Assembly: GCF_963921235.1 (NCBI RefSeq)
Contig: NC_086097.1
Span: 177,446,001 to 177,510,000 of the forward strand
DNA: 64,000 nt
Origin: Mobula hypostoma
Taxonomy: Eukaryota
Direction of reading: 5' to 3'
The notes below the pieces were generated by a model. That model was given only the letters and a program-made list of their open reading frames with translations, was not told where the DNA came from and ran no database searches. Positions 39,221-51,526 of the stretch are shown piece by piece. Positions within the stretch are counted from its first letter, which is position 1. The number at the start of each line of letters is the position of its first letter. The position numbers and the translations under genes are program-made.

Positions 39221-42200
39221 GTGTCTGCATTCCTGCCATCAAGTAAATCGCACTCTAGAGACACATCCAACTTGGCGCTCCACCGCAGGGCCAGAGGAGC
39301 TTCAATATCCGAGATCCTGTTTGCCACTTTACATATTAAATTAGCGCTTCGTCTCTGTAAGGGAAATCTACCCAGGGCCCTGCCTCATATTTGTACAGGC
39401 TTACTAAACTGTCTGGTCATATTGACTCTTGTGACTTTGCTTCCTGCTCTACATCCATTTCAAGGCTATTGGAACCCCAGAGTAGATATAAAAGGGATTC
39501 GAGATGCAACTTCGTGCACACACAGGGTGGTGTGTATATGGAATGAGTGCTTGAGACAGATACAATTACATTTAAAACACACGTGGGCAGATATATGGTT
39601 AGGAAAGGCTTAGAGGCACATGGAAGAAACCAGGCTAACAGGACTAGCTCATAGACATTTTGGTTAGCATGGATGGGTAGGGTTGAAGAGTCCGTTTCTG
39701 AGCTGTATGACTCATGTTGTACCTTTCCAATCGTTTGTGGCTGATAAGCAGACAGTCTGGCCCAACAAGTTATCGAGCACCCGTATACACTGATCCCATT
39801 TTATTCTCTGCACATTCCCAACAATTTCCCCAAATTGGTGCTTATTAGTCCCCCTCACGGTAAATGCATGTGCTTTTGTACTTGACATTTCTACCCTTGG
39901 AAAAAGTTTGAGCGGCCATCTAAGCTCATGATTTTATAAAAATCCATCAGGTCTCCCCTCAGCTTCTTGACACTCCAGGGAGAATAGCCCAAGTATGTAA
40001 CACATACCCTCTAATTTATGCAGAATCCTGGTGAACTACTTCTGTACACACTCCAAAGCCTCCACATCCTTCCTGTAATAGGGTGACCAGTATTCTAATG
40101 CTTCATTATAGGAAGAACATGGAAGCTTTAGTTTACCAGGATGCTGCTCGGATTAGAAAGCATATCTTATGAGGCAAGGTTGAGCGAACTTTGACTTTTC
40201 TCTTTGGAGTGAAGGAGGTGACAGGTGACTTGATAAAGGTCTGAAGATGATAAGAAGCATAGAAAACATGAAGGGGCACAACTGTAAGGTGTTTAGAGGA
40301 AAGTATAGGGAGGATGTCAGAAATGGGACTTGTAGACAGAGGATGGTAAGTGCATGGAATATGCTGCCGGGGCACTGGTAGAGCCAGATACATGAAGGAC
40401 ATTTAAGAGGCTCTTGGATTGGCACATGAATGAAAGAAGAGGGCTATGGGGAAGGGTTGGATTGATTTTAGAGTAGGTTAAGGAGTCGGCACAACACTGA
40501 GCTGAAGAATCTATACTGATGTGTATTGTTCTGTGTTCCAATCACACATAACATTCCATTTGTGGCGTATCCAAAGTTTATACAGGTTAGATGTGTTACG
40601 GAGCTCCTGTGAGAGATTACAATTCATCGTCCCCACATCTTTTATGAGATGCTCTTTCTGGGGCTTCTCCAGAGAAACTCTCTCCCCCACCCCCCTTTCC
40701 TCTTGTTTGCCATTCATTGGCTCTAATTTAAATTGTTAATGAAACACCCATACAGCACAAATTGGCAAGTTGATGGGTAACAAATGTCTGGGTTTTTTTA
40801 ATATTTCAGGCAGTCCTGAGGACAGGTTGAAATGTGTTTTTGATATATACATTAGCAGCTCCAACCTTTTGTGCAGTCTTTCAAGAGCTGAATGTCAATC
40901 TGAATTTCCCTGGTCATCTGTATTGTTTCTTCTGATTGCCCAGATGGCCATTAAAAAAACTAATGCTAAGTTCAAGATACTGGGCGACATGGATTATTTG
41001 AGACACAAGAATATGGCTTAATGGAACTGGATTACTTTTGTGCTGATTTTAAAAACCGTTAATATACAGTAATGTAAGCTATTAAGCTCAGTGCCCTTTG
41101 AATTAAGGGGTCTCTCATCTGTAAATGGGTTACTTTTCTTATGACTCGGAGCAGCCTCGTGCAATGAGGAGAATTTGTCAGTTCCTTAATGCATTTGAAC
41201 AATTCAGCTACGTGCTTAGGCAAAATGTATTGAAAATGTAATTATTGTGCCTGCTTTCATTTGTGAATATCCTCATTGTCAAAGAGAGCACACAAAAGCA
41301 CTACAAGAATTGGCTGTATTGTGTAACCTCTTCTGAAGACTTCAGGCTGGTCCTTGTATGGGAAGTGGGTTAGTGAAAAGCCATCGGTTGCAAAACGGCG
41401 GTCAATTCCTTTACTCCTGTTGGCCGAAGTGAGTGAATGACATATGGTTAAAACAGATTTCACCTCTGTGGAGAAACTGGATAGTCTGGATTTGTTTTCC
41501 TTGGAGTAGAAGAGGCTGAGGTAATGGGAGGAGTGTGCATGTTAGGAAGAATCAAATAGAAATATATAAAATTATGAAAGGGTATAAAGTGGGAAACTCT
41601 TCCTCATAACATGTCATGTTCATACAGCATGGAAACAGGCCTTTCAGCCAAACCCTGCTGACCAAGATTATCATTTAAACTAATCTCCCATTCCTGCGTT
41701 TGGCCCATTATCTTCTAAAGCTTGTATATGTTTATTTATCTACCTACTTCAACTACTTCCTCTGGTAAGTAATTCCATATACGGACCACCTATGTGGAAA
41801 AAGTGGCCTTCGGTTTCTGATTAAATCTCACCCTCGCTCTCAACTCAAACCTATGGTCTCTCCTTGATTCCCCTACCATGGGAAAAGCGAGAAAGTGATG
41901 GATGAATCCAGGTGGGTGAAGGAAGAGAGATGAAGCTGGAGGGTGGAGGTGATGGGTGGAAAAGGTAAAGGGGAGAAGGAATCTGATGAAGAGAGTGGAC
42001 CATTGGAGAAAAGGAAGGAGGAGGGGCACTAGTGGGAGATGATGGGCAGGAGACGAGAAGGGGTAAGAGGCTGGAGTGGGGAATAAAAGGAGGAGGAAAA
42101 TATTGACCGTCAATTTTCCCTGCATAGATGCTGCCTGACCTGCTGAGTTCCTCCAGCATTTTGTGTGGCGCTGCTCCTAAGTCTCCTGCGTCCCTCCTAC

Positions 42201-43767
42201 TTGATTTCTAACCTTTCCCAGTTCAGACGAATCCTTAACTCTTCTGTCCTGCCCATGCCCACGGCTACTGCTTAGTATTCCCCACAACACACAGAAAATG
42301 CTGGAGGAAGTCAGTAAATTAGGTAGCATCTTTGAAGGGGAATAAACAGCCAATGTTTCGGGTAGAAGATTTAGAGTCAGTAACGTGGACAAGTTTGTGG
42401 GGTTTGCATTGATGAGCAACTACCTTTTCTCTTCGAGTCAATCAATGGAATGTATGTTTCTTTTTCAATCCATATTGTGACTGGCATGATTTTTATAGAT
42501 GATCTTTGACCTTCAGCCTTTATCCGAATGGGGCTGAATCTTACCTGATGCTGAAAGTCAGGGTAGATTGGACGTGGAAAGGATGTTTTCATCAGTCGGA
42601 GAGTCAAGGATCCAAGGGCACCGTCTTAGAATAAAGGAATTTCTTCCTCCCGTCTTCCCTCCTCCTCCCCATTCTCCCACCTTGTATGGGCTTCTGCCTC
42701 TTTCCCTTCCAAACCTGATGAAGGGTCTCAGCCCGATTCGTCTCCATAGATGCTGCCTGTCTTGCTGAGTTCCTCCAGCATTTGTGTGTGTCCAGCATCT
42801 GCAGAATCTCTTAAGTTTTATTATTCCCAGAAATTTTGTTTTTTATTCAAGATTTGAAGCATCTGCAGTTTTTTTTACTTTTCTAATGTTCTGTCTGTCT
42901 TGAATCACTGCTAACAATGTAGACGTCTCATGTGATTGCTTCATGCAGAGAAACAGCCTGATCATTTGCAGTGAGTGTCTCTGTGGAAATATGAGTGTGC
43001 TCAACCTGTACTTGATAGCCATTTAACTGCCTCAGATCCTACACAAAAGGATTGCAAATGGTTGCTATTGATAGCATCGCCATTGCCTATTTGCACAGCT
43101 AATAGTTGTTAATGGTTCCTCGTGCATGATGACATGCCTTGAAGTTGGGGTTGGATGTGAATTAAATCGATAATGCACATTGAGCACCTCCTGACAGGAT
43201 GGGTCCTTAAGATGCATGTTGATTGAAGGCTTACTCTAGTGTTTGAATGCTCATTACTGGGGAGGATGTATGTTTTCTCTGTTCAAGACCTGATTGCCAT
43301 ACTTGGGAAGGAGCAAAAACAAACCTAAAGGACTTGGGTTAGGCAGCATCAGGGAGGAAGAGATCTCACTGAAACATACTGAATATTGAAAGCCCTAGAG
43401 AGAGTACACTTGCAGAGGATGTTTCCAACAGAGTCTAGGACCAGGGAGCACAGCTTCAGAATAGGACATCCCCTCAGAACAGAGTTGAGGAGGAATTTCT
43501 TTAGCTAGAGGGTGGTGAATCTGTGGAATTCATTGGCACATCATACAGCTTGGAGGCCAGTTCATTAGGTACAGCAGAGTTCAATAGGTTTTTGATTAGT
43601 AGGGATACCAAAGCTTGCAAGGAGAAGCCAGGAGAATGGGATTGGGGAAGAAAACCATGATCGAATGGCAGGGTAGACTTGATGGACTGAATGACTTAAT
43701 TCTGTTCCAATGACTTATGGTAGAGATTCTTCTTTAGGACTGAAAGATAAAGGGGAGATGGCCAGTA

Positions 43768-45072
43768 CAGGTTTCCCCCGCCATCCGAAGGTAGAGCATT
43801 CCTATGAAACGGTTGCCTGCACAGATCTCCATAGCAAAAATCTTCTTTGGCATAAACACGCTCTCCAGTAACCTTTAAGCTATGAGGCTGCCAAATCATA
43901 CCAAATAACGCGTAAAAATACACAGCCTATATAAAGTAGACGTAATGTATGTACAGTGTAGTATCACTTACCGGAATCGGGAAGACAGCTTGCCGAGCAC
44001 ACTGATGGTATGTTAGACTGAGTCGTCTCAGGTTGGGTGGTGCAGTGACCCCCACCCTCCAGGCCGCTGACCCGATACATTGCCGTGAAGAACGTAGCAG
44101 TAGCCGGGAGGCACACAGCACATCTTTAAGAAAAAAGCCGAAATAAACATGCTAATTAATTAGGTGCCGCTGACACGTAATTGTCAGCCCAGATCAGTGC
44201 CGATTTCTGATTGCATCACCTCTGATCTGGGCCGACAATTACCTGTCGGCAGCACCTAATTAATTAGCTTGTTTATTTCGGCTTTTTTCTTTAAAGATGT
44301 ACTTGTGCCTCCCGGCTACCATTGCATTCTCCGTGAATCGGTACAGTATCTGTCCGGGGCCCAGGGTTTGGGGTGGTGGAACACGGGGGTGTCATCTCAT
44401 CATCGATCAGGGCAGGCAGCTCATCTTCTCCTATGACTGCCCACCTCGATGTAGAGATCGAGGTTCATCGCCTGCTGTGGCTGATGTGGAAGGCTTGCTT
44501 GACTGCTGAGCCTCGCGCATTTTTCTATCATACAGTTGTTTGTAAGGACTCAAACCATCCTGCAAATATTCCCTAAGCCTATGTACCCTTTCAAAATTAA
44601 AGTTGTACTTTATCATTGCAGTGAAAATCTCACGCAATTGCTTCACGTTCAGTTCGCTACTGCGTTCGGTTTCGATTGTTAGCTTTTCCTCTTCCAATGG
44701 CATCAGCTCTTCATCTGTCAGTTCTTGGTCATGGGATGCCAAAACCTCTTCAACATCATCGTTGTCAGCTTCCACAAGCCAAACTCACTTTGTCCTTGCT
44801 TCGTTCACCATGATTGAAACACTTAATTATATCTAGTTTTACGCTAAGTGTAACACCCTTACAAGCTCTTTTAGTCTTTTCCGATACCTTAGAACTCATC
44901 TTGCTAACGGCTGCTCACAGGCACGTGTTTAAGCAATGCCGTTCCGAATCCGGGGGAGAGCGGCTGCTTGGGGCTTTTTATCGCGCGCTGCCTTTCTTCG
45001 TAACAGTGAAAACACCTTCTGAAAGTGAGAAGAGGGTACTAAAGCGAATGTTCGAAAAGCGGGGGACACCTG
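43768..45072 (-). mobile_element. Tigger/pogo transposon deletion derivative
   Basis: TA TSDs at 43766-43767 and 45073-45074. TIRs caggtttcccccgc / gcgggggacacctg. The minus ORF 44431-44775 (DDVEEVLASHDQELTDEELMPLEEE...PYKQLY) resembles the acidic C-terminus of Tigger transposase. Confidence 0.88.
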
Positions 45073-46496
45073 TATTAATTCATGAGAAAGGGTTAAGCAT
45101 GGTTGGTAGGTGAAGGTGGATTGAGGTGAGAATGGTGATAGGTTGATGGAAGAGGAGAGTAGATATAATGAGAGGCTGGGATAAGGGAGGCGGGCAGGGC
45201 AAATGGGAAAATTGGAGGAGGAGTGGTGATGGACAGACAGTGGGTGCAGGAGGAGTCAGGATCAGGGTGATGGGGCTGGGGTAGGTATGGGAGGGGAAAT
45301 GAGTAGATTGAGAGGAGAGAGGAAAGGGACGGGGGGGGCGGGAGCAGATTCCCTCAAGTTGGAGAATTCAATAGTCATGCCATTGGGTTACAGACTACTC
45401 AGGTGGAATATGAAGGATCTGAAAAGTTGGCTGTCACAGATGTTGCCTGACCTTGCTGAGTTCCTCCAGCAGATTTGAGTATTCCTCCTTATCTCAATTC
45501 TAAAGGTTCAGCCTGTCTCCTGAGGCTGTCCCCTCTGGTCCTAGACTCTCCTAATAATGGAAGCATCTTCTCCATGTCCACTCTATCTAGGCTCTTCATG
45601 ATTCGGTAGGTTTTAATGAGATCCGCAATTCTCCTACTAAAATCCAATGAGTACAGGCCCAAAGCTGTCAAAAGCTCCTCATATGTTGACCCTTTCATTT
45701 TCTTTGTTCATTTATTATTGTCACAAGTACTAAGATACAGTGAAAAGCTTCTGTTTGAATTCATCTGTGTAGATCATTCCAAAACATCAGTACACTGAGG
45801 TAGCTCAGGGGAAAAGCAATAACAATGCAGGATATGGTGTTGCAGTTACAGAGGAAGTGTAAGGACCACAGCAAGATAGTTTGAGAGATCCAGAGTTGAT
45901 CTTTATTGTATGAGTTGTAACAGTGGGATAGAAGATATCCCTGAGCTTGGTGGTATATGTTGTCGCACATTTTTCTCTTCTAAGGGGAGTATTGAATGAT
46001 AGTTCCTGGAGTGGAATTATTTATATTCTTTAAAATGTACTCAAACAATTACAAGGACCAAAGATCTTTGAGCAGAATTAGGGCAGCAGGCTGTTCAAAC
46101 TTGCCTCCATGTTCAGGATGAACTCCTGACTCGAGCAGTGCTGTGCTCCATGTGAAATGTAACAAAAGAACATGTTTAGAAAAACTTGATAGGCCATGTA
46201 GCATCTGTGGAGAGAGAAAAACAGTCAAGACATCCATCAGCAGAAAAAAAACAAACTGCTGGAGGAATTCAGAGGCTCAGGCAAGATCTCCAGAGGAAAA
46301 TGGACAGTCGACTTTTCAGATGAAGTTCCAGAGTATCAGCCCAAAATATCAATTATCTATCTGCCTGACCTGCTGAGTTCCTCCAGCAACTTCCTTCTGT
46401 TCCAAATTCCAGCATCTTGTAGTTGGCTTTAACGTCAAGAAACTACAGAGAGTTGTGGACACAATTAGTTCGTCTCGGAAAACAAGTATAGACCCT

Positions 46497-46530
46497 GTCC
46501 TGACGAAGGGTCTTGGCCTGAAACGTCGAC
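46497..46530 (+). ncRNA. Minimal type I hammerhead ribozyme motif with an intact core
   Basis: gtc-CTGACGA-agggtcttggcct-GAAA-cg-TC-gac. Stem I is GUC/GAC, stem II is GGGU/GCCU, helix III is the palindrome ACGU and the cleavage triplet is GUC. Activity is not shown. Confidence 0.7.
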
Positions 46531-46596
46531 TGCACCTCTTCCTACAGATGCTGCCTGGCTTGTTGCGTTTACCAGCAACTTTGATGTGTGTTGCTC
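46500..46596 (+). mobile_element. Short hammerhead-headed PLE insert inside a Rex/Babar-like remnant
   Basis: TSD atagaccctgtc (46488-46499) / atagactctgtc (46597-46608). Confidence 0.8.
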
Positions 46597-49097
46597 ATAG
46601 ACTCTGTCTAAATTTCTTGCTGCCTCAGTAAAGTAGCCAGCATAACCAAAGATCCCACCCACCCAGATATTCTCTCTTCTCATCCCTTGGGCAGAACATA
46701 TAAAACCTTGAAAACACTTTATCACCAGGCTCAAAGACTGCTTTTAACCCACTTGGAAGAATATTGAATGGATCTCTCATAAGATACAAAAGACTTGAGA
46801 GGGAACTTCTTTACTCAGAGAGTGGTGGCTGTGTGGAACGAGCTTCCAGCAGAAGTGGTTGAGGCAGGTTCGATGTTGTCGTTTAAAGTTAAATTGGATA
46901 GATATATGGACAGGAAAGGAATGGATGGTCATGGGCCGAGTGCAGATCAGTGGGACTAGGTGAGAGTAAAAGTTAGGCACGGACTAGAGGGGCCGGAAGG
47001 CCTGTTTGCGTGCTGTAATGGTTATATGCTTACCACAATTTATCTTGTTTTGAACTTGCGCCTTACTGTCTACTTGTAATGTACTTTCTCTATAACTGTA
47101 ACACTTTATTCTGAATTCTGTTATTGTTTTTTCTTGGACTACCTCAATACACAGTTGTAATTAATTTATCTCTATGGATCGTATGCAAGACAAGTTTTTC
47201 ACTGTGCCTTGGTACATGTGACAATAATAAACCAGTTTACCAATTTCTCTAGAGGTAGACGGGTTCTTGATAAGCAAAAGGGGTAAAGGTTTATTGCAGG
47301 AAGGTAGACATGCAATCTGCCAGAATTTTATTGAATGCCGGAGCACACTCAGGCTGAATGGCCTACAGTTAGCTCTAATTTGTTTGTTCATACTTAAAGT
47401 TGAACACATCAAGACTGAGTTCAGGCACTAGGCAGATGGCTAGAGTTTAAATCGAGCAGATTAGCTGTGATGTGGCAGAGTGATGGTACTGATTCAAAGG
47501 GCCTAATAGCCTGGGCCTTCATCTTGGTGTGTGATGTTTCTTTGTGAAGCAGCAGTCTCTGATCAATAACCCTTGCGAGTTGTCTACTGCCCATCCTCCT
47601 TCCGTGCAGAGGTCGTGCCAGGGGATTTGAGAGGCTTCAGCTCAACAAAAGAGGCGAATGAGTCAGCAGGATAAGCTCTTTGTCTGCGTTTACTCAGTCT
47701 GTTGGCCAGCGGGTTTGTTTTTGTGAAGTGTACCTATGCGCTGTCCATGCGATTCCCCCTCAACAATTTTCATCAGGAATTGCTTGCCATTTATATTTTT
47801 AAAAAATGAGAAAAAGAAGCTGCAAATTTGAGGCTTTGTACATGGTTTCTGCATGCGGTTATGAGGCAGACATCTAACAAAGAGATTCATTTACTCCCTA
47901 AATTCCAGCCTGCAAATGCTCTTTATTGCTTTTTGAATCATAGTTTTCTCCCTTAGTCTCCCTCCCCCCTTGTATCTACACCCGCACTTGCCTCCTGCAC
48001 GCCTCCCCCCACTCTCCCTCTGCCTCCTCTCCCCTTTCTCTGTTCCCCACTCTCTCTCCTGTATGAGAGATCCCTGTCTTGCCTCCAGTCTTTCTTTGGC
48101 TGGTTTTGTCCCGCTTGTTACTATACTGCCAAGGCTTTTGTTGTTCTGGCAACACAATGCAAGATGCTGAAGAAAAATCAGACTGCCCATGGTTTCTTAA
48201 TTTTTGTCTAATTAACAAAACCAGAGCTGATTATGATTCAATTAAGCCATTCTCCAATAGAAACACAGGCCAGTGCGTTTAATTGCAAGCTTTAGCAATG
48301 TGCAGTGAAGTACATCAAATGACAGGTTAAGCTTTGCATTTACATAGGGCCGTTCACAACCCGAGAATGCCCACAGCATTGTGGAGCTGAGCTGCAGATC
48401 CTAGTCACAGCTGGATGTGACAGAGTCCTGTAGTAACTCAGACAATATGCTGTAGAGTTTAAACATTAAATCTCTTCGTTAAGATTCCTTCTGTACATGA
48501 ACCAGCGTGCAAATTATCTATGGTTTGTTTATTTAAAGATAAGAGCGCAGTAACAAGCCCATGCTGTCCAACAACACCGATGGACCCATTAACCTACTAT
48601 TATTTGGAATCTTGGGGGAACCAATGTAAACCCAAGTGGTCACGGGGAGAACGTACAAACACTTTACAGATAGTGGTAGGAATGGAACTCAAATTTTGGG
48701 CTCTGTAGTAGCTACCTTACCGTACCTCGTTTCTTGTAGCTACCTCAGGTTATTGAAATTCCAGTGCAATTTCATAGCCCTGGGTAATTATGATCTAAGC
48801 TTTGTGCGGCCTTTGTAGTGAAGAATTCAAGCAAAGTTAATATGTTGTGCTGAGCCAGACCGTTATCTGCCCTCAGCTACAGCGTCCACTTAGCTGCTTT
48901 GTAGAGTGTGTCTTTGATCATCGCCTTTGCGCAGACTGTTCTTGCTTCGTTGTGTAAGCAACTCCTGCTGTGATGGAGTTTTCAGAGATTCTTTGGCTCC
49001 AGCTCCTGCCTCATCCCAACTGCTACTGGTGATCCACTGGTGGCAGTCATGTCTCAGAGCCCAGAGATCCGCACGTAGTTGGTCTGTCTTAAGACAT

Positions 49098-49255
49098 GCG
49101 CGCGCGCGCACGCACACACACACACACGCACACACACACACCCCTGACCCTTCCTTCCATTGCTCATGCGCTTGTTCCCCACTGTCTCTCTCACCCTCTG
49201 CTTCCATGCCCTACTTCCTCCCTCCCTCCCTCCCTCCCTCCCTCCCTCCCTCCCT
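49098..49255. repeat. (GC)n(CA)n tract (49098-49141) and (CCCT)n tract (49217-49255)
   Basis: Read directly from the sequence. Confidence 0.95.
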
Positions 49256-49539
49256 TCCATGAGATGCCACTACAAACCTACTTTTGTTCTTGCACTTCAT
49301 GCAGAAGATGATTTAATGAGGAACTGCCTTTTCTGTCACAGATCAGTGCTGGCAGAATGAGAACTCACTGATGTTATTTAGGGCACAGATCGCCCAAACT
49401 AAACTTGCCCATTTATTATCAATTTATCTCACTTTGAATTTAGTGAAGAGTTGGACCTGACTTAGACTTCATAAACAGTCAGTCTTGAATAATTATATCT
49501 ATTTTTGCTTTTCTAAAAGCCTTGTGATTAATGGGGCAT

Positions 49540-50300
49540 CGCATTGAATTGACTTTATTTCTTATATTGTTCACATACATGAGTAAAAATCTTTACGTTA
49601 TGTCTCTGTTGAATGTGTAATGTGCAAATTATAGTAATTTGTAATAAATGTTATGTAAAGTAAGATATACAACTGAACAGTCAATATAGCTTAAAAATAC
49701 AATTGTGTCAGCGTGAATTAATCAGTCTGATGGCCTGGTGGAAGAAGCTGTCCTGGAACCTGTTGGTCCTGGCTTTAATGCTGTGGTACCGTTTCCTGGG
49801 TGGTAGCAGCTGGAGCAGTTTGTGTTTGGGGGTGACTTGGGTCCCCAATGATCCTTCGGGCCCTCTTTACATACCCGTCACTGTAAATGTCCTGAATAGT
49901 GGGAAGTTTACATCCACAGGTGCCCTGGGCTGTCCACATCACCCTCTGCAGAGCCCTGTGATTGAGGGAAGTACAGTTCTCATACCAGGTAGTGATATAG
50001 CCAGTCAGAATGCTCTCAATTGTGCCCCTGTAGAAAGTCCTTGGGATTTGGGGACTCATGCTGAACTACTTTAACCGTCTGAGGTGAAAGAGGCACAGTT
50101 GTGCTTTTTTCACCACACAGCTAGTATGTACCGACCAAGTGAGGTTGAGGAACTTAAAGCTGCTTGCCCTCTCAACCACAGATCCATTGGTGTCAATAGG
50201 GGTTAGCCTGTCTCCATTCCTCCTGTATTTTTGTGACATTATGGGAGAGGTTGTTTTCTTGACACCACTGTGTCAGGATGATGACTTCTCTGTAGGCCGC
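49540..50300 (-). mobile_element. Rex1/Babar-like LINE 3' fragment
   Basis: ORF 49775-50059 reads FYRGTIESILTGYITTWYENC...ALQRVMWTAQ...IIGDPSHP, a DUF1891-like C-terminus. Confidence 0.85.
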
Positions 50301-50484
50301 TCATTATTATTTGAGGCACTGTCGCCAGGATGATAAAGTTTCTCATATTTCTTATTTTCATTTAAGGTCATCTCCCACTTTAGCTCAATGGACTTTGCCG
50401 CATCCCGCTAACCCTTGTCATTGTGGACACTGCCCACAAGAAATGAGTCAATTTAAAAAAAACCCCTTCACACCTCCAGACTAA

Positions 50485-51526
50485 GGCTACGTCCACACTA
50501 TGCCAGATAATTTTGAAAACGAAGCCTTTTCTCTTCGTTTTGACCCTCTGTCCACACTAAAACAGCGTTTTCAGCCCCCGAAAACGGAGATTTTCAGAAA
50601 CGGTCTCCAGAGTGAATAAATCTGAAAACGCCTAATATCCGTTGCAGTGTGGACATGGTAACGGAGCTTTTTAAAACCGCTGTCATGATGTGCCAGAACA
50701 GATGGCGGCAGCGTGGCATTTCATTGTTTTCTTCTTATTATTACTTTATGTCGCCAAGCAATTGATACGAGAGCGTACAATCATCACAGCGATATTTGAT
50801 TCTGCGCTTCGCAGAACCTAACAATTTCAGAACAGACGGCAACGAGACTGAAGCCAGAAGAGTTAGAAATGTATTCACCAAATACTTTGACCCATAGCTT
50901 ACTGAATAAATAAGTATACTCACTTTGCCCTGTTTTCTGTCCTTGCTTGTATGAAGGTAAAGACAGAAAACACCCTCCGCCACCTTCAGTTTAAATTCCA
51001 TGTGGAATATTTTGGAGGATCAAGAACCAAGATGGTTTACCTATTTATGCACGTACTTCTCTGATAATAGATGTGTAACAGCCTAATGTAACATTGTATG
51101 GAAATACAAGATAACACTGATGCAGACATGTTTTATGCATTTAACAAGGTGCTTTATTAATGCAACAGAGTTAGTCAGTTTTTCAATGTTTGTCGTCAGC
51201 CGGGTCATACTGTCCGTGAACTCCCTGTCGGTTGCCTCCATACGCTCCAGTATTTATTTTTTTTAGTTTTAAGTCCTCCTGCGCGAGAGCCAAGAACAAT
51301 TCCTTCTAAGTTTTTCTACTCTGTAACTGGACAAACACGCACCATGTATACCGTTTCCTCTTTGCTTGTTTTCTGTGTGTCCTGCGCATGCCCAGTAGGA
51401 GGAAATTCGCCCAAATATCTGTCTAATGTGGACAGAGATATTTTGAAAAACGCTTAGTGTGGACGCCTGTCGTTTTTACTGGAAACTGGCATTTTCAAAA
51501 TTATCCGGCGTAGTGTGGACGTAGCC
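50485..51526 (-). mobile_element. Non-autonomous PIF/Harbinger element, copy 2 (opposite orientation to copy 1)
   Basis: TIRs ggctacgtccacacta...gataattttgaaaa / ttttcaaaattatc...tagtgtggacgtagcc, with TSD taa at 50482-50484 and 51527-51529. Confidence 0.9.

Noticed and set aside
44431..44775. Domesticated TIGD-like gene
   Set aside because: It is only an acidic C-terminal fragment inside TIRs, with no DDE or HTH domain.
48890..49360. Overlapping ORFs of 66-111 aa
   Set aside because: They stay open only because of microsatellites, and the translations are low-complexity.
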